64,000 nt of DNA from Vitrella brassicaformis CCMP3155 (lineage: Eukaryota > Protista > Chromerida). Below are positions 12,445 to 24,761 of this stretch, piece after piece (position 1 is the first letter of the stretch; every line of letters begins with the position of its first letter). Made by a program: the position numbers and the translations under genes. The stretch is taken from contig CDMY01000414.1 in NCBI GenBank assembly GCA_001179505.1, forward strand, positions 1-64,000, read 5' to 3'. The notes beneath the pieces are model-generated. The model searched no databases and was not told where the DNA came from. It saw only the letters and a list, made by a program, of their open reading frames with translations.

Positions 12445-15400
12445 GTATGCGGCACACACGACACCCATTCATATGTGGGCTCCATGCATCCCTTGTCTGT
12501 CTGTTGGTCTCTTTGTTTGTCTGTCTGTGTGTGTCAGACATGGGGTACAAGGACTTGGCCGAGGGTCTGACTGAGCTGCTCAAGTTCGTGCAGGTCAACG
12601 CGGCAGCCACGCGCAAGATCCTGATCAAGTGCCAGAAGAAGACGGCCTTCGTGGGCTTGCCCCAGGAGGACCTCCTGCACCAGTACCTCAAGAGCAGACT
12701 CAGACCTGACGCCGAGTCACGACTCGACCAGCTGCGGGCTCGCACTGGTGGGAAGGTGGGTGGGGGAGGACACTCACAGACGAACGACACGAGTACGGCC
12801 AGTCAATTGGTGTGTGTGTTGTGGTGGCCCGTGCAGGGCTGGACATAGTTGTGACGGAGATCGAGACGAAGCTGTCGGAGCTGCGTGTCATTGCCAACAG
12901 GTGGATATCCGAAGGACGAATGGACCCACACACGGAGAAACAGTAAGGAAACGCCACCACACACACACACACACACACAGAGGGGCGAGGGGGAGGATAG
13001 CGATGCTTTTTGTGTGTGGCCATCTGCTCGTCTCGTCTATCAGGCTGGCCATCGACCAGAGGCGTCGCCGCACCACCACGCTCATGTACTCTTTCAGGGG
13101 CGAAATGGCCAAGACCCAAGCCACCACTGGGTGAGTCAGTCACCCACAAGAGAGAGAGCCCGCCACCCAACCACCGAGCGAAACCATGTCATGTGGATCT
13201 ATGTGTGTGTATCAGGTTCCTGCAAGCGATGGCCCGCCAGGCCGAGATAGAGTTCGAGGGAGAGCCCGTCGGGCAGGGCTCCTTCTGGGGGTACGTCAGG
13301 CAGCGCGACGGAAGGCACACACACAAGGGCACAATCTCTTCTCTCGGTGTGTGTGGTTGTGTTTGCCAGTTTGTTTCTGAACAACTACAACACGTTTCTG
13401 TACATGGCCAACTACTACATCGTCATCCCCACGGCCAACCAGTACTCGTCAATACTCGGAATGTCCTCCACCATGAGCGGCATGATCCTGGTGGGTGTGG
13501 TGTGTATCTGACAACTAAACTGACTTGCTGACACACACGGACACAAAGGGGAGAGAGAGAGGCTGGAGGGGAGTGTCCCCCCACTGTGTGTGTGTCTGTC
13601 TGTCTGTCTGTCCGCCAGTCGATGGCGCCTCTCTCTGCGTGTGTGTCGGCCGTCCTCTACTCCGTGTGGAGCAACTAGTAAGCTTCAAGCGCACACGCCA
13701 CTCCACACACATCACACGCACCACGCGCTCTCATCTGTCTGTGCGTGTGTGTGTGTGTGTGTGTTATGTGGTTATCGACCCTTGTTGGTTGTGTGCCTGC
13801 AGCAACTTCAGGGCGCCTCTGCTGTTCAGCACGCTGCTGCTGGTCATCGGCAACATCCTCTACTCCCTCGCCCTCCCATACAACAGCGCATCGCTTCTCT
13901 TCATTGGTACCTACTGACGTCACACACACACACACACAGACAAGGAGAGGGCCCCATGTGGTGGATGTGTGTGGTTGTGTGGTTGGCCGGCAGGTCGTCT
14001 GCTGGTTGGGTTTGGCGGCAACCGTGCGGTGAACCGCCGGTATATCGCCGACTTCGTCCCCATGGACCAGCGCACAAAACAGTCCGCCGTATTCGGTCAG
14101 TACTGACATGACAGTACGCACCACCTACACGATGACACACATCACATGCATCCGAGGAGGTGTGTCTGTGTCTGTGTCTGTGTGTGTGTGTGTGTGTCTG
14201 TATGTGTGTGTGTGTTGGTGTGTGCAGTAGCTGTAGGTTCTATCGGCATGACGCTGGGCCCCGGCTGTCAGTACTTCCTCAACATGATCGACTTCAACGT
14301 ACGCAGCCAAACACAGGAAGGAACACACACAAATCAAATCCTCCGGCCGGAAGGCTCCTCCCTCCCTCCCTCCCTCCGTGTGTGTGTGTGTGTGTGTATG
14401 TGTATGTCTGACAGCTGCCCATTGTGGGGTGGCCGTGCAACCACATCACGGCGTCGGGCTACATCATGGCCATTCTCTGGGTCATATTCGCCCTGCAGGT
14501 ACCTGGCTGACAGAGAGAGAGAGAGAGATCGGCAAACACGTGCACACAAACTCCCTTACACACACACACACACACGCCAATCGCACTCATTTCTTCCTTC
14601 AGATTATCGTCCAATTCGACGAGCCGGAGCGCCGCTACGCCAAGAAGTCACACATCGCCACATAGCCAGCCATCAGTGTGTGGGCGTATGCGGTTGTGTG
14701 GTTCTGTGTCGTCGTGGTTCAGACGGGGCCGCAGTGTGTTGGAGCCGCTGCTGGAGCCCATCGCAGAGGAAGAGGGGCAGGTCATCGGCAAACCGCCCAA
14801 GAAGGTGCGTTTGTGTCTGCTCACGCACACACATACCACCGACAAGGGTCTCTCCCTCTGTGTCGACTGGTCTCTCTCTCTCTCTCTGTGTGTGTGAGTG
14901 CAGCACGACCTGAGCGGCCCCATGATCTGCCTGTGGGTCTACTTCGTCCTCAAGGGAGTACTGGTGAGTGTGTGAGGACACAGACCCGCCCAGCCAGCCA
15001 GCGGCACCTGTGTGTGTGTGTTTGCTCCTCTGCAGGAGGCCTTTCAAGGCGCTGCGCCTCTGGTGACAGGCTACCACTTCGGCTGGTCGGACGCAGGTAC
15101 GCTTAATTTGTGGCTGCCGACACAGCCAAATCACATCGCCCCAGCAATTGTCCTTTGTCCCGTTCTCTGTCTGTGTGTGTGTGTGTGCTTTCAGCTGTGG
15201 GCAACATGCTGGCCGTGATTGGCATCATTGTGATCCCGTCAAACCTGCTAGTCGGTACGAACGAAGAACGAACTCTCATCAATCGGCACAGACACACGCA
15301 CGGGCTCACAGGGCAGGCACAGAGGCTGGGCTGTCTGCCTGTTCTGTGTCCAAGGATGTGTGTGTGTGTGTGTGTGTGCGTCAGGTATATCTTCGAACTT

Positions 15401-16536
15401 CATGGAGGACCGCGTAGCCCAGCAGATCACCATGGTCACACTCGCCATCGGTAGACACACTCACACATAAATACAGCCACGTACCCAACACACACACGAG
15501 CTGCAGAGCAAGATCTCTCTCTCTCTCTCTGTGTGTGTGTCTGTCTGTCTGTCTGTCCACTCCTCTCTGTGTGTCATCCATTTCATCTGTCAGCCTGCGC
15601 GGCTGCGAGTGTGTGGGTGCCGGCCTACTTCAACATCTATATCTACCTCCTCGGCGGCCTCTTCATCTTCGTCTCAGCACAGGTAGGTAGGTACCACACA
15701 CACACACACACCACACAGAACACAGAGGGATCAGCAATGCAATCGATGGATGTCACACACATAACATACACACACGACTTACATGTAGATGTTGGAGGGC
15801 GTCAACATGGGTCTGCTGTCGAAAGTGATGCCCAAGGAGCTCAGCAAGGGCCTCATGAACTCGGGCTTCCTCTCCACCGAGGCAGGCACCTTCGGACGAG
15901 TGGTGGGCAACTGCTGGATCTCCGTCGCTGGGCTGCTCGGTGAGGGAGCCAGCCAGCCAGCAACACATCCACTGCAACACACGCATAGACAGAGAGAGAG
16001 AGAGAGAGATGTGTGTGTGTGTGTGTGTGTGTGCAGGTCCTGTGGCTGCGTTGGAGAACCTGATACTCTTCCCGTCCATGGCGCTGGTGATATTCACCAT
16101 CCTCCTCTGCGCCTGCATGTCCACCAGGTACACACACACACACACACTCCGACGGAGGTATCTATTCTCCATTTCTCGTTTTGACGTGTCTGTCAGTCTG
16201 ATCCCCATAGCCCAGAGAATGAAGCAAGGTTCGTGCGTCCGCCCACAGAATGGATGACACCATCCGGCTCTCTCTGTCTCTAAAAGTGTGGGTGTGTGTG
16301 TGTGACAGAGAGCGGCTCCGGTGCCCTCAAGGATGAGCTGGAGCGCTGGCTCAAAAAACCCGACCTCGCACCCAGGCCCGCCTACGGTAGGTACCTACCT
16401 CTGTCTGTGTGGGGGGAGGGATGATAGAGGGGCCCAAGACGCAAGGATGGTCCGGCTCTCTTCGTGTGTGTCTTGTCGTGTGTGTCTTCCAGCCCCCGTC
16501 GAGTCGGGTGGTTCAAGCGACCCGGTAAGTAAATGA
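11425..16536 (+). CDS. SPX-MFS phosphate transporter (PHT5/VPT-like); many exons, interrupted by an assembly gap
   Basis: SPX-like WEGYYIDYQGLQKQL and LLKFVQVNAAATRKILIKCQKK. MFS motifs NNYNTFLYMANYYIVIPTANQYS, PLLFSTLLLVIGNILYSLA, GRLLVGFGGNRAVNRRYIADFVP and EGVNMGLLSKVMPKELSKGLMNSGFLSTEAGTFGRVVGN are characteristic of the plant/algal SPX-MFS family. The 3' end is approximate. Confidence 0.9.
12096..12395. other. Assembly gap (300 N)
   Basis: Run of N within the SPX-MFS gene. Confidence 1.
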
Positions 16537-17917
16537 GACGAGGAACATATGGATTAGCCGATGGACAGACAGGTCGGTGTGTGTGTGTGCGCAGGAGGGC
16601 CAGACTGGCCTGACAGTGGCGCCGTAGACAGACAGACAGACAGACAGACAGCAGAGAGTCACACTTACAGTGTGACTGACGTAGCCACACAGACAGACAG
16701 ACAGAGACATACCCAGGAAGGAGGACCGCCGCAAGTCCTGCGGAAGGAGGTTTTTTCCGTTAACTGGGTGGGATGGGTCACATCATGGTGTTTAGTGCGT
16801 GTCAGTGCGTGCTGTGATTTGTGTCATGGTTCGTTTAAGACATGTGTCTGATCTGCACACAAACATGTACACACATATATAACTAACGGAATATATATAC
16901 TGTTTGCTTCCGTCCTTGATTGACAGTTGCTGGCTTGGCTTGGCTTGCTTAGTCACTCTCTCTCTCTCCTCCCCTCCGGCCTCGTGTGTGCAGTGAGCGC
17001 AGTGAGTGGAGTGGACAGACAGACGGACGATTGCACTGCCCGCCTGACTTGCCTGCTCGATTGCTTGATTAGGTCCTTCCTTGAATCCTTCCTGCGGCCT
17101 GCCTTGCCTTATCCATGTGTGTGCAATGACTTGCCAATGGTGCCTGCCATGGGTGGGGTGTTCTTCCCTCCCTCGATATGCGACTCGTTCCTCTGCAACA
17201 CTTCACACACAATGGCGCCGCGCCCACTGCGGAACCAAACGTGGTGGGCGCCGCCGTGTGGGGTGGGGGGAATGTGGGAGGACAGGTCGCACAATGAGGA
17301 GGCAAGAGCTCCCTTTCCGTATTCTCGTGTATGGCACTCTGCCGACCGACAGCTGGGTCCTGTGATGCTGTGCGGTGTTGTGTTGTGTTGTGTTGGTTGG
17401 CTTCATTATCTATCTCGGTCTTGCTGCTGGTCTTGGTCTGTCTTGTTGATACGCCTAGCTCCTCACGTGGCACACTCACTCTTCTTTCCTCTCCTTTTCT
17501 CACCCTGCCTGCCTGCCTGCCCGGTATGTGAGTGTGTTGTGTGTGGGACGGATGCCAGTACACTCATGGATGGATGGATGGATGGATGCCCTGGCCTGGC
17601 CTGGGTGATATATAATATTACCGACCGAGATGAGGACACTGTAGTGAGTGAGTGCAGTGAGGAATGAGCGAAGGAATGCGGTGAGTGAGTGCACTGCAGT
17701 GCAGCCAGAGCTCTCATCGTTTGATTGAGCAAGCCAGCTTGCCGTCACTCACTCATTGATTGATTCATTCAGACGAGCCACACCACACCATCAATCATCC
17801 CATCCACAGATGCCATACCGGACACTCTCCCCCTCCCCCTCCCCCGCCCCGCCACCTCCCTCATATGTCTGTCTGTCAATAAGGATGCATTTCATTCTGT
17901 ATAATTAATGCAAAAAG

Positions 17918-20452
17918 TCACTTAGCCGCCGGGTTGATCCACAGCNNNNNNNNNNNNNNNNNNNNNNNNNNNNNNNNNNNNNNNNNNNNNNNNNNNNNNN
18001 NNNNNNNNNNNNNNNNNNNNNNNNNNNNNNNNNNNNNNNNNNNNNNNNNNNNNNNNNNNNNNNNNNNNNNNNNNNNNNNNNNNNNNNNNNNNNNNNNNNN
18101 NNNNNNNNNNNNNNNNNNNNNNNNNNNNNNNNNNNNNNNNNNNNNNNNNNNNNNNNNNNNNNNNNNNNNNNNNNNNNNNNNNNNNNNNNNNNNNNNNNNN
18201 NNNNNNNNNNNNNNNNNNNNNNNNNNNNNNNNNNNNNNNNNNNNNGGCATGGCCTGCCGCACGCGGCCCTGGCGGAACAGCGAATCGAGCTGGCTCTTGA
18301 TTTGGTCAGCGTCGCCAGAGGCGGTGAGGATGTCGGCTCGCTCGCTGAGCTTGAGGGTGGCGTGCCTCGGCCGCAGCTCGTGGACGAGGCGGAAGAGGTC
18401 CCGCAGCCGCTCGGGGACGCTCTCGGCTCTCGCGGTGTAGATGTCCTGGTCGCTGGCCACATCGTAACTGAACTCTCCGAAAGGTCCGATCTCGATGCTG
18501 AGGTCTTGCACTCTGGGGTACTGGCGGATGGTGTGGGGGGAGGGGAAGGCGACTGGCGCGGCCGCCTTGGTGCGAGGCAGGCTGAAGGACAGCGGTCTGT
18601 CATGGCGAATCGCCAAGGTCTGCAGCCCAAGTGAGAAGGACTCATTCCTGAGGAGGGATGTGCATTCGTATGTGCGTGTGTACCTTGAGTGGCTTTGCCT
18701 TGATGCCTTGCTGGATGTACGCGAGCACCTCTGAGGCCATGATGGCGCTGGCGTTCGGCCAGTCCATGTGGACGTGAGTGAGGGCGGGAAGTGAAGAGAG
18801 GAGGCGCGAGAGTCGGTTGGGCGTGGCGGGCGGGATCAGGTACTCGGGGTCGCACGTAGGGACATCATATGTGCCACTGCCATGGTAGTTGCCCAGGGAA
18901 ACCTCTGTCACACTACTGAAGCCACACATGCACACACACGCCAAGAGAAAGAAATTGAGTCGAGCGCCTTCATGGCCTCCGTTATTGACCTCACTCACCT
19001 GAGTGAGTTGAGGGTGGCGTCCTCGGTCAGCCACAGGGGGATGCTGTTGAATGACTCAGCATCGACATCGGGGCCGTCGGTGGTCAGATCGATGTCCAGT
19101 CTCGTGGCGCCGTCGAACCTGATGCCGCTGAAATGCGGGCTGGTGGGATCGCCTGATCCAGCATCATCTCCAAACAATGACACCTCGTCGCCCCCTCCCG
19201 CGTGCCGTTTGATGGTCTCCACCAGCTTGAGGGTCTCGGCAGTTGGCGGGCCCTCGGTCGTCGCGCCGCGGCAATCTATGTAGGTCCCGCCTCCTTCCCT
19301 CACCACCTCCCAGCCCATCTCCTCTGCCGCCTGAATCGTCTGCACCGAGTCATTGGACCAGTTGTCTGGGTCGACCAGGTCACGGGCGACCTCAAGTCGG
19401 CAAATGACCTTGAGCTGGCGCTTCCTGGCGGCTCCCGACGGGGAGGGGGAGGGGAGGGGCGGAGGATCCGCACTCGCGCTGCTGGACGAGGCCGCCGCAC
19501 TGCCACTGTGCAGCGACAGCTGGCGCAGGAGAGTCACCAGCTTGCTGGTCTCCGTGTTGTGTGCCACCCATTTGCTCCGCGACAGCGTGAGGTGGCCGAC
19601 GTGGTGCAGGTTCTTAAGCGATGCGAGGGCAGCGGTGGTGAGGGGCACCACAGAGCTCTGGTCGTCGAGGGGGAGGCTGTGCACACGGCAGCAGAGGAGC
19701 GGGAAGATGTCCAGGTGGCTGAGGGATGGGGACGAGCCGAGCATGAACGCCAGACTGCCATCAAATGTGGCGCGCATGAATCCCCACTTGCCGAGAGGGA
19801 AGGTTGCGACGTGGTATTCCTCATACTCGGAGAGGACCTTGCCGGTGAGCCGCTCGAGCGCTGGGCAGACGAGCTTCTGCTGCTGGAAGAGATGCAGTCC
19901 GTCGAGGCTGTCCACCTCAATCGACCTGACCGAGGGAAACACAGCTTCGGGCCCCTTGACCTGCGCCACTGGCTGGTCGCTCGGCGCATCCTCCGCTCCA
20001 TCGTCCGAATCGTCGTCTGCATCTCGTTCCGCCTTGGCTTGTGTCGTCTGGATGGCCTTGAGCGTGTCGGTGTGGTAAACCAGCTGCAGCGACACAAAGG
20101 CGAACAGCCGCGCCCGGCCGATCTTCTCGACCTCCCCCTCTCTGGGCAGCAGGATGATGGCGTGTTGCTGCTGCTCGAACGTCACCAGGCTGCCGCCCGG
20201 ACCCCTGCAGCTGAGGCCGTGGTTGGGGCGGTGCCAGTTGATGACCCGGATCAGCGAATAGATGGCCCAGTAGAAGGCCCGACTGATGCAGCTCATCGCC
20301 AGGCGCTCCTTGACCGACTGGAATGACGCCACATTGAGCCAGGTATCGCCATCCAGAAGGCTCGTGAAGCTCCTCGGCGCGGCGCGGTTGGACGGGTCGT
20401 CACTCTGGGCTGGGGCGGCTGTGCGCGGGGCTTTGGCTGGCGGGTCGTCCAT
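17918..20452 (-). CDS. Lineage-specific protein with F-box-like N-terminus, paralog 2; 3' end falls in or near the gap
   Basis: MDDPPAKAPRTAAPAQSDD... is colinear with paralog 1 and has the same two intron positions. An in-frame upstream ATG exists at 20527. The C-terminus cannot be verified across the N run. Confidence 0.72.
17946..18245. other. Assembly gap (300 N)
   Basis: Run of N. Confidence 1.
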
Positions 20453-20868
20453 CTCAGCAAGCCCCAGAGATAGCGCTACGACGCTACAGCTACCTGCAAC
20501 ACTCAGAGACACAAGACGACTTGCCATGTGCACGGTGCTGCCTCTCCCATTCGCTTACGGGATCTGCGATAGAATGCAATGTATGGCGACTCCCCTCAGT
20601 GGCCGGGCTCCAAACGACTGGTTTCGGCGGGTGAATCGGAGCGCGGTTTGCTGTCCAGCCGCCCAAGGAGGATCTTTCCCTTTTCTTCTCTTCTCTCCCC
20701 TCCCAATCTGCGAGCTTAGCTGTGAGGAGGGAAGGAGTGGACCCTGCTTGGACCATCTGTGACTCTGACGGAGGGAATGAGGCGATGAGTTTTCAGCAAT
20801 ACGTTCGTTCGGCGCTGAGCTGAGGCTGCTGGCAGTGCTGCCATCGATGACCACCCCATAAATCAATC

Positions 20869-23748
20869 ATGTCGTTCACAGGCAGCTCGTACACCAACGT
20901 GGGTGAGGGGTACGGTGGAGAGGCGGAGGACGGCTGTCGGGACATCGCTGAGACCGACGAATGGGGATTCGTGCCCAAACGAAGCGAAGTCGTCATGCTC
21001 GGCTCCGGGCCCTCCACAGGTCTGACAGCAAGCATCGCCTGACGCGGGCCCTCACGCCAGCAGGATGGCTTGCAAACAGTGGTTTTATCCTTGTGTGGTG
21101 TGTGTGCTACAGGTGTGCCGTGGTTGCGTTGTCTGACTGACCCGATGGACGGCCGGCCTTGTCGTGTGTGTCGTGAGGCGAGGCGGAATTCTCTGAGCAA
21201 GAACCGGCGGCGCAACCCCTCCATCCTGCTCAAGATACGCAAGAAGGCACACGAGATTGAGAAGGAGAACCGGGACACAGCCAATGGAGGAGAAGGTGAG
21301 TGGGTTTGGTGTGTCGGGAGGGTGCGATGGATGAGTCTAGAGCGCGGGTGCTGTGTGTGTGTTGTGTGGTTTCAGGTCCTGATGCGTTCCACATCATCCT
21401 GATTGACTGCGGCAAGAGCTTTCGCGACGCAGTGGAGACGTTCTTCCCGCTGCTGGCCGTCAAGTGAGGCCAAACATTGAGCACTCTTCCGCGACCATCG
21501 GGCTGATCATGTTTCCTGTCGTGTCTGTCATGTCAGGCGCATCGACGGCGTGGTCTTGACGCACGACCACGCGGATGCGGTGCTGGGCATCGATGACCTC
21601 AGAGACCTGCAGAGGTCAGACAGACAGCGGGGCGCCAACCATGGGGGCGTGGTTGATGCGTTGTGTGCCGTCGGTGTGTTGTGTTGTGTTCAGGTGCGAG
21701 AAGCGTGTGGATCCCGTGACGGGCCACTCCAACCTCGCCTCGACCAACGCCCTGCCCATCTGGGGCAGCTCACAGGTCACACACACACACACACAGGCAT
21801 CCCATACAAAGCCATGAGCACGAAGGAGCCGAATGCACCACCGGTCACTTGGGGGCATCGATCGCTTCATGCGTTCAGACTGTCGAGCGTCTCTTCAACA
21901 TGTACCCATACCTCTTCGCCCCCGACCAGCGCTCCCTCGTGCGACGGCACTCGCCATCCGTCTCATCGCCACAAGCACACAACCCAAGCAACCCCCGCGA
22001 AGCGCGCCTCGAGGCCATCCAGGAGGCCAACGGCAGCGCACCCCACGCCACACACAACGGAGCCCTGTCATCCCCCTCATCACACATTCCCCCCGTATCA
22101 TCATCGCCCGACTTTAAGCGACTCGTGGAGAACAACGGCGCCGCCAACACGGTCAAGGAGTCGCTCCCTGCCTCCTCCCCACCCACCCCGCCACGCACGC
22201 CCTTGCCAGAGGGGCTGGGGCTGGGTCCGCTGCCTGCCCGGAGGAGGCCGGTGGGGCCGGCGAGGTACCACCACCACCCGCACCCGTTCGTCCCGCATCG
22301 GTCCACATCTGACTATGTGCATCCCTCCAAGACGGCCGGCGACTCGTACGCGTGCCACCGGTCTATGAGTTTGTCGATCAACTTCTTCATCCCCTCGCAG
22401 CCGCTGCTGTTCGACGACCCCCCCTCCCCCTCGGCACTCTCCACCAAGACCACCATGGCCGCCATTCCCGCGTCGGCGCAGAATGTGCGGCCGCAGAAGA
22501 ACAGGTGGGCCGACGACAAGCCGGTCAAGAAGGTGCAGCGAGATCACAAGGCCGGCCTCAAGCCGCCTGTCAACGGCCCCATGCGGACGGCATCGGCCGA
22601 TGTGCCGGGGACCGGGTCGACGTATGACCCCTCCAGCACCCTGCAGGACCGGCGCGGCTCCCCCAACCTACGCATCACCATCAAGGAGCCGACCACCAAG
22701 TCAGCGTCACTCACGCCCAAGCCCATCGACTCGCCGGTCGAGTCGGTGCCGTCGCTGCCCATGACCCCGTCAGATTCGTCGCCCCAGCTGGCGGCATCGA
22801 CGTCGCTGGAGAGCAATGACCACGACATCAACACGCCGCTGTCTGGCAAGAGTGAGGGGCGTGCTATGAGGATGGAGGAGCGGCGGGATGAGGGCGGGAT
22901 GGGCAGCGGGGTGGGTGGGGCGGGGGAGGTGAAGAGGAAGGCCGTTCCGACGCGATTCACGGCGTCCATCGACTGGCAGTTCTTCGAGCCACTCGAGAAA
23001 TTTAAGGTACGTCTGTGCTGGATGGGGGATGGCTGGCTGGGTGGGTGGCTGGGTGGGCGACAGCGCCTCACGGGGCGTGCGTTCATTGCGTTTGTGCTGT
23101 GCTGTGGCCGTGTGTGTGTGAGGTGTGTGGGTATGAGATAATGCCGCTGCCTGTCTGGCACGGCAAGGACTACATCTGCTATGGCTTCGAGTTCGGCGAA
23201 AAGGTACACACACCACGTGTTGAGGCCATCCATCCATCCCTCCATCGCTTGCCGTGTTCAGGAGCGTTTCGTCTATCTGTCTGACGTGTCTGCTGTACCT
23301 GAGGCGACCATGGCCTACCTCAAGGGGGGCCCACGCATCGCCACGCTGGTCCTCGACGCCCTCTTCAAGGACAAGACCCACCCCACACATTTCAGCCTCG
23401 TGAGCCGACCAAAGAAGGAATTATGCATCTAGCCAGCCACTGGGGAGGGAGCCGTGGGGAGGGTGTGTGTGTGTGTGTGGTGTGCAGGTGCAAGCGTGTG
23501 ATTTGATCCGGCAGCTGCGGCCCAAGCAGACCTTCCTGACAGGGATGTGTCACGACTTCGACTACCCCCACGACAACCCTACCATCAAAGCCACCATGGT
23601 CAGCTGACAAGGCAACAGACAGACGAACGAGTCGTCACTGCAAAGGGCTGCGCGCGTGTGTGTGTGTGTGTGTGTGATGCCGCATCAGAAATCTGAGGGT
23701 CTGCACGTGGAGATGGGCTTCGACGGCCTCTGCATCCCTCTCAGCTGA
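20869..23748 (+). CDS. Metallo-beta-lactamase fold hydrolase, PhnP-like
   Basis: VVMLGSGPST|GVPWLRCL, CRVCREA, KNRRRNPSILL, ILIDCGKSF, VVLTHDHADAVLGIDDLR, LPVWHG, FVYLSDVSAVP, LVLDAL, HPTHFSL, LTGMCHDF and GFDGLCIPL occur in the order typical of PhnP-like MBL hydrolases. Confidence 0.88.
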
Positions 23749-24761
23749 TGAGCCAGCCGCCCGGGCCGTGTCGCGGGATAGTTGATTGAGATGCTGGGTG
23801 GCTTCACTGATTGATGTTTATGGGGCGTTTTGTCGGTGAGGGGGTCGACTTGACTTTGGTGTGGGGAATGGGATGGCTATTGTTGACTGACGGGGTCCGG
23901 TCCACTCATTCCATCCATAGTTTGTGGTTCGTGTGTGTATGGGGTCATCGGTACGTGGTTTACACACACCCGTACAGCGAGTCAGACTTTTTCTTGGCCC
24001 GCATCCATCCATCCATCCATCCAGATTTGGCCGCCCATTTCCGCGCATCCACCCCCTGGAGGCAGATGTGGTGTTTGTTTGTCGTACTCGTGGCTCATCC
24101 CTTGTGTGTGTGGGTCTGTGTGCTGACTTGAGGGGGTCCGCTTGGCACTGGTTTGGGAACCCCTTGGTGATGTTGGGCGCTGGTGGCACACGCACACGCC
24201 AAGAGCTTGACGTCGTCGAGGGGAATCCGAAGCACTGGCAAGAGGACTGACTCATCGCAATGATGAGTGAGTGCAGCAGCCAGCTGGGGTGTTCGCTGTG
24301 CTGCAGTGTGTTGTGTTGTGTTGTGTGAGTGTTTGAGAGGGACGCCTGACAGGACAGGACAGGGCCGGCCAGGGCCGATCAGTGTAGTGCTCCTTTCTGG
24401 TGCTGCGAGAGAGAGAGAGAGGGAGTGCCAGAGAGTGCCAGAGAGTGAGGGAGGGAGTGGCGTGACAATGATGTGACGACCATGCAGACAGACAGAAAGG
24501 TGATCTCGGGAAGTGATGCCTGTGTGTTTGTTTGTGGAGGGAGGGATGGACACATTTGACGGCATGCATGTATGGTATGAACAAAGACAAGACACATGGA
24601 AAGAGGTCCTCCCGTCGGCCGACCGACCGTCCCTACTAGTTAGCGTCTCCCGTCTAGATCTACACCTACGTCTCAGCATTCTACCACACCACCTCACATC
24701 GCCTTGATCGATCCACCACCAAACCACACCACACCACACACTCTCACATGCGGCCGACTCT

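Noticed and set aside
11850-12848. Long ORFs spanning N runs (also 17905-18855, 43380-44486, 58930-59593)
   Set aside because: Their length is inflated by translating 300-N placeholders as X.
11425-23748. Possible phosphate/phosphonate cluster (SPX-MFS near PhnP-like hydrolase)
   Set aside because: The genes are separated by an unrelated gene, no other phn genes are present, and eukaryotic PhnP-like MBLs have no established phosphonate role. Proximity is likely chance.
23750-24760. Possible extra exons (e.g. LLPVLRIPLDDVKLLAC at about 24130-24250, - strand)
   Set aside because: They may extend the TUTase gene, but I could not build an unambiguous in-frame chain. Noted only as uncertainty in the 3' end.
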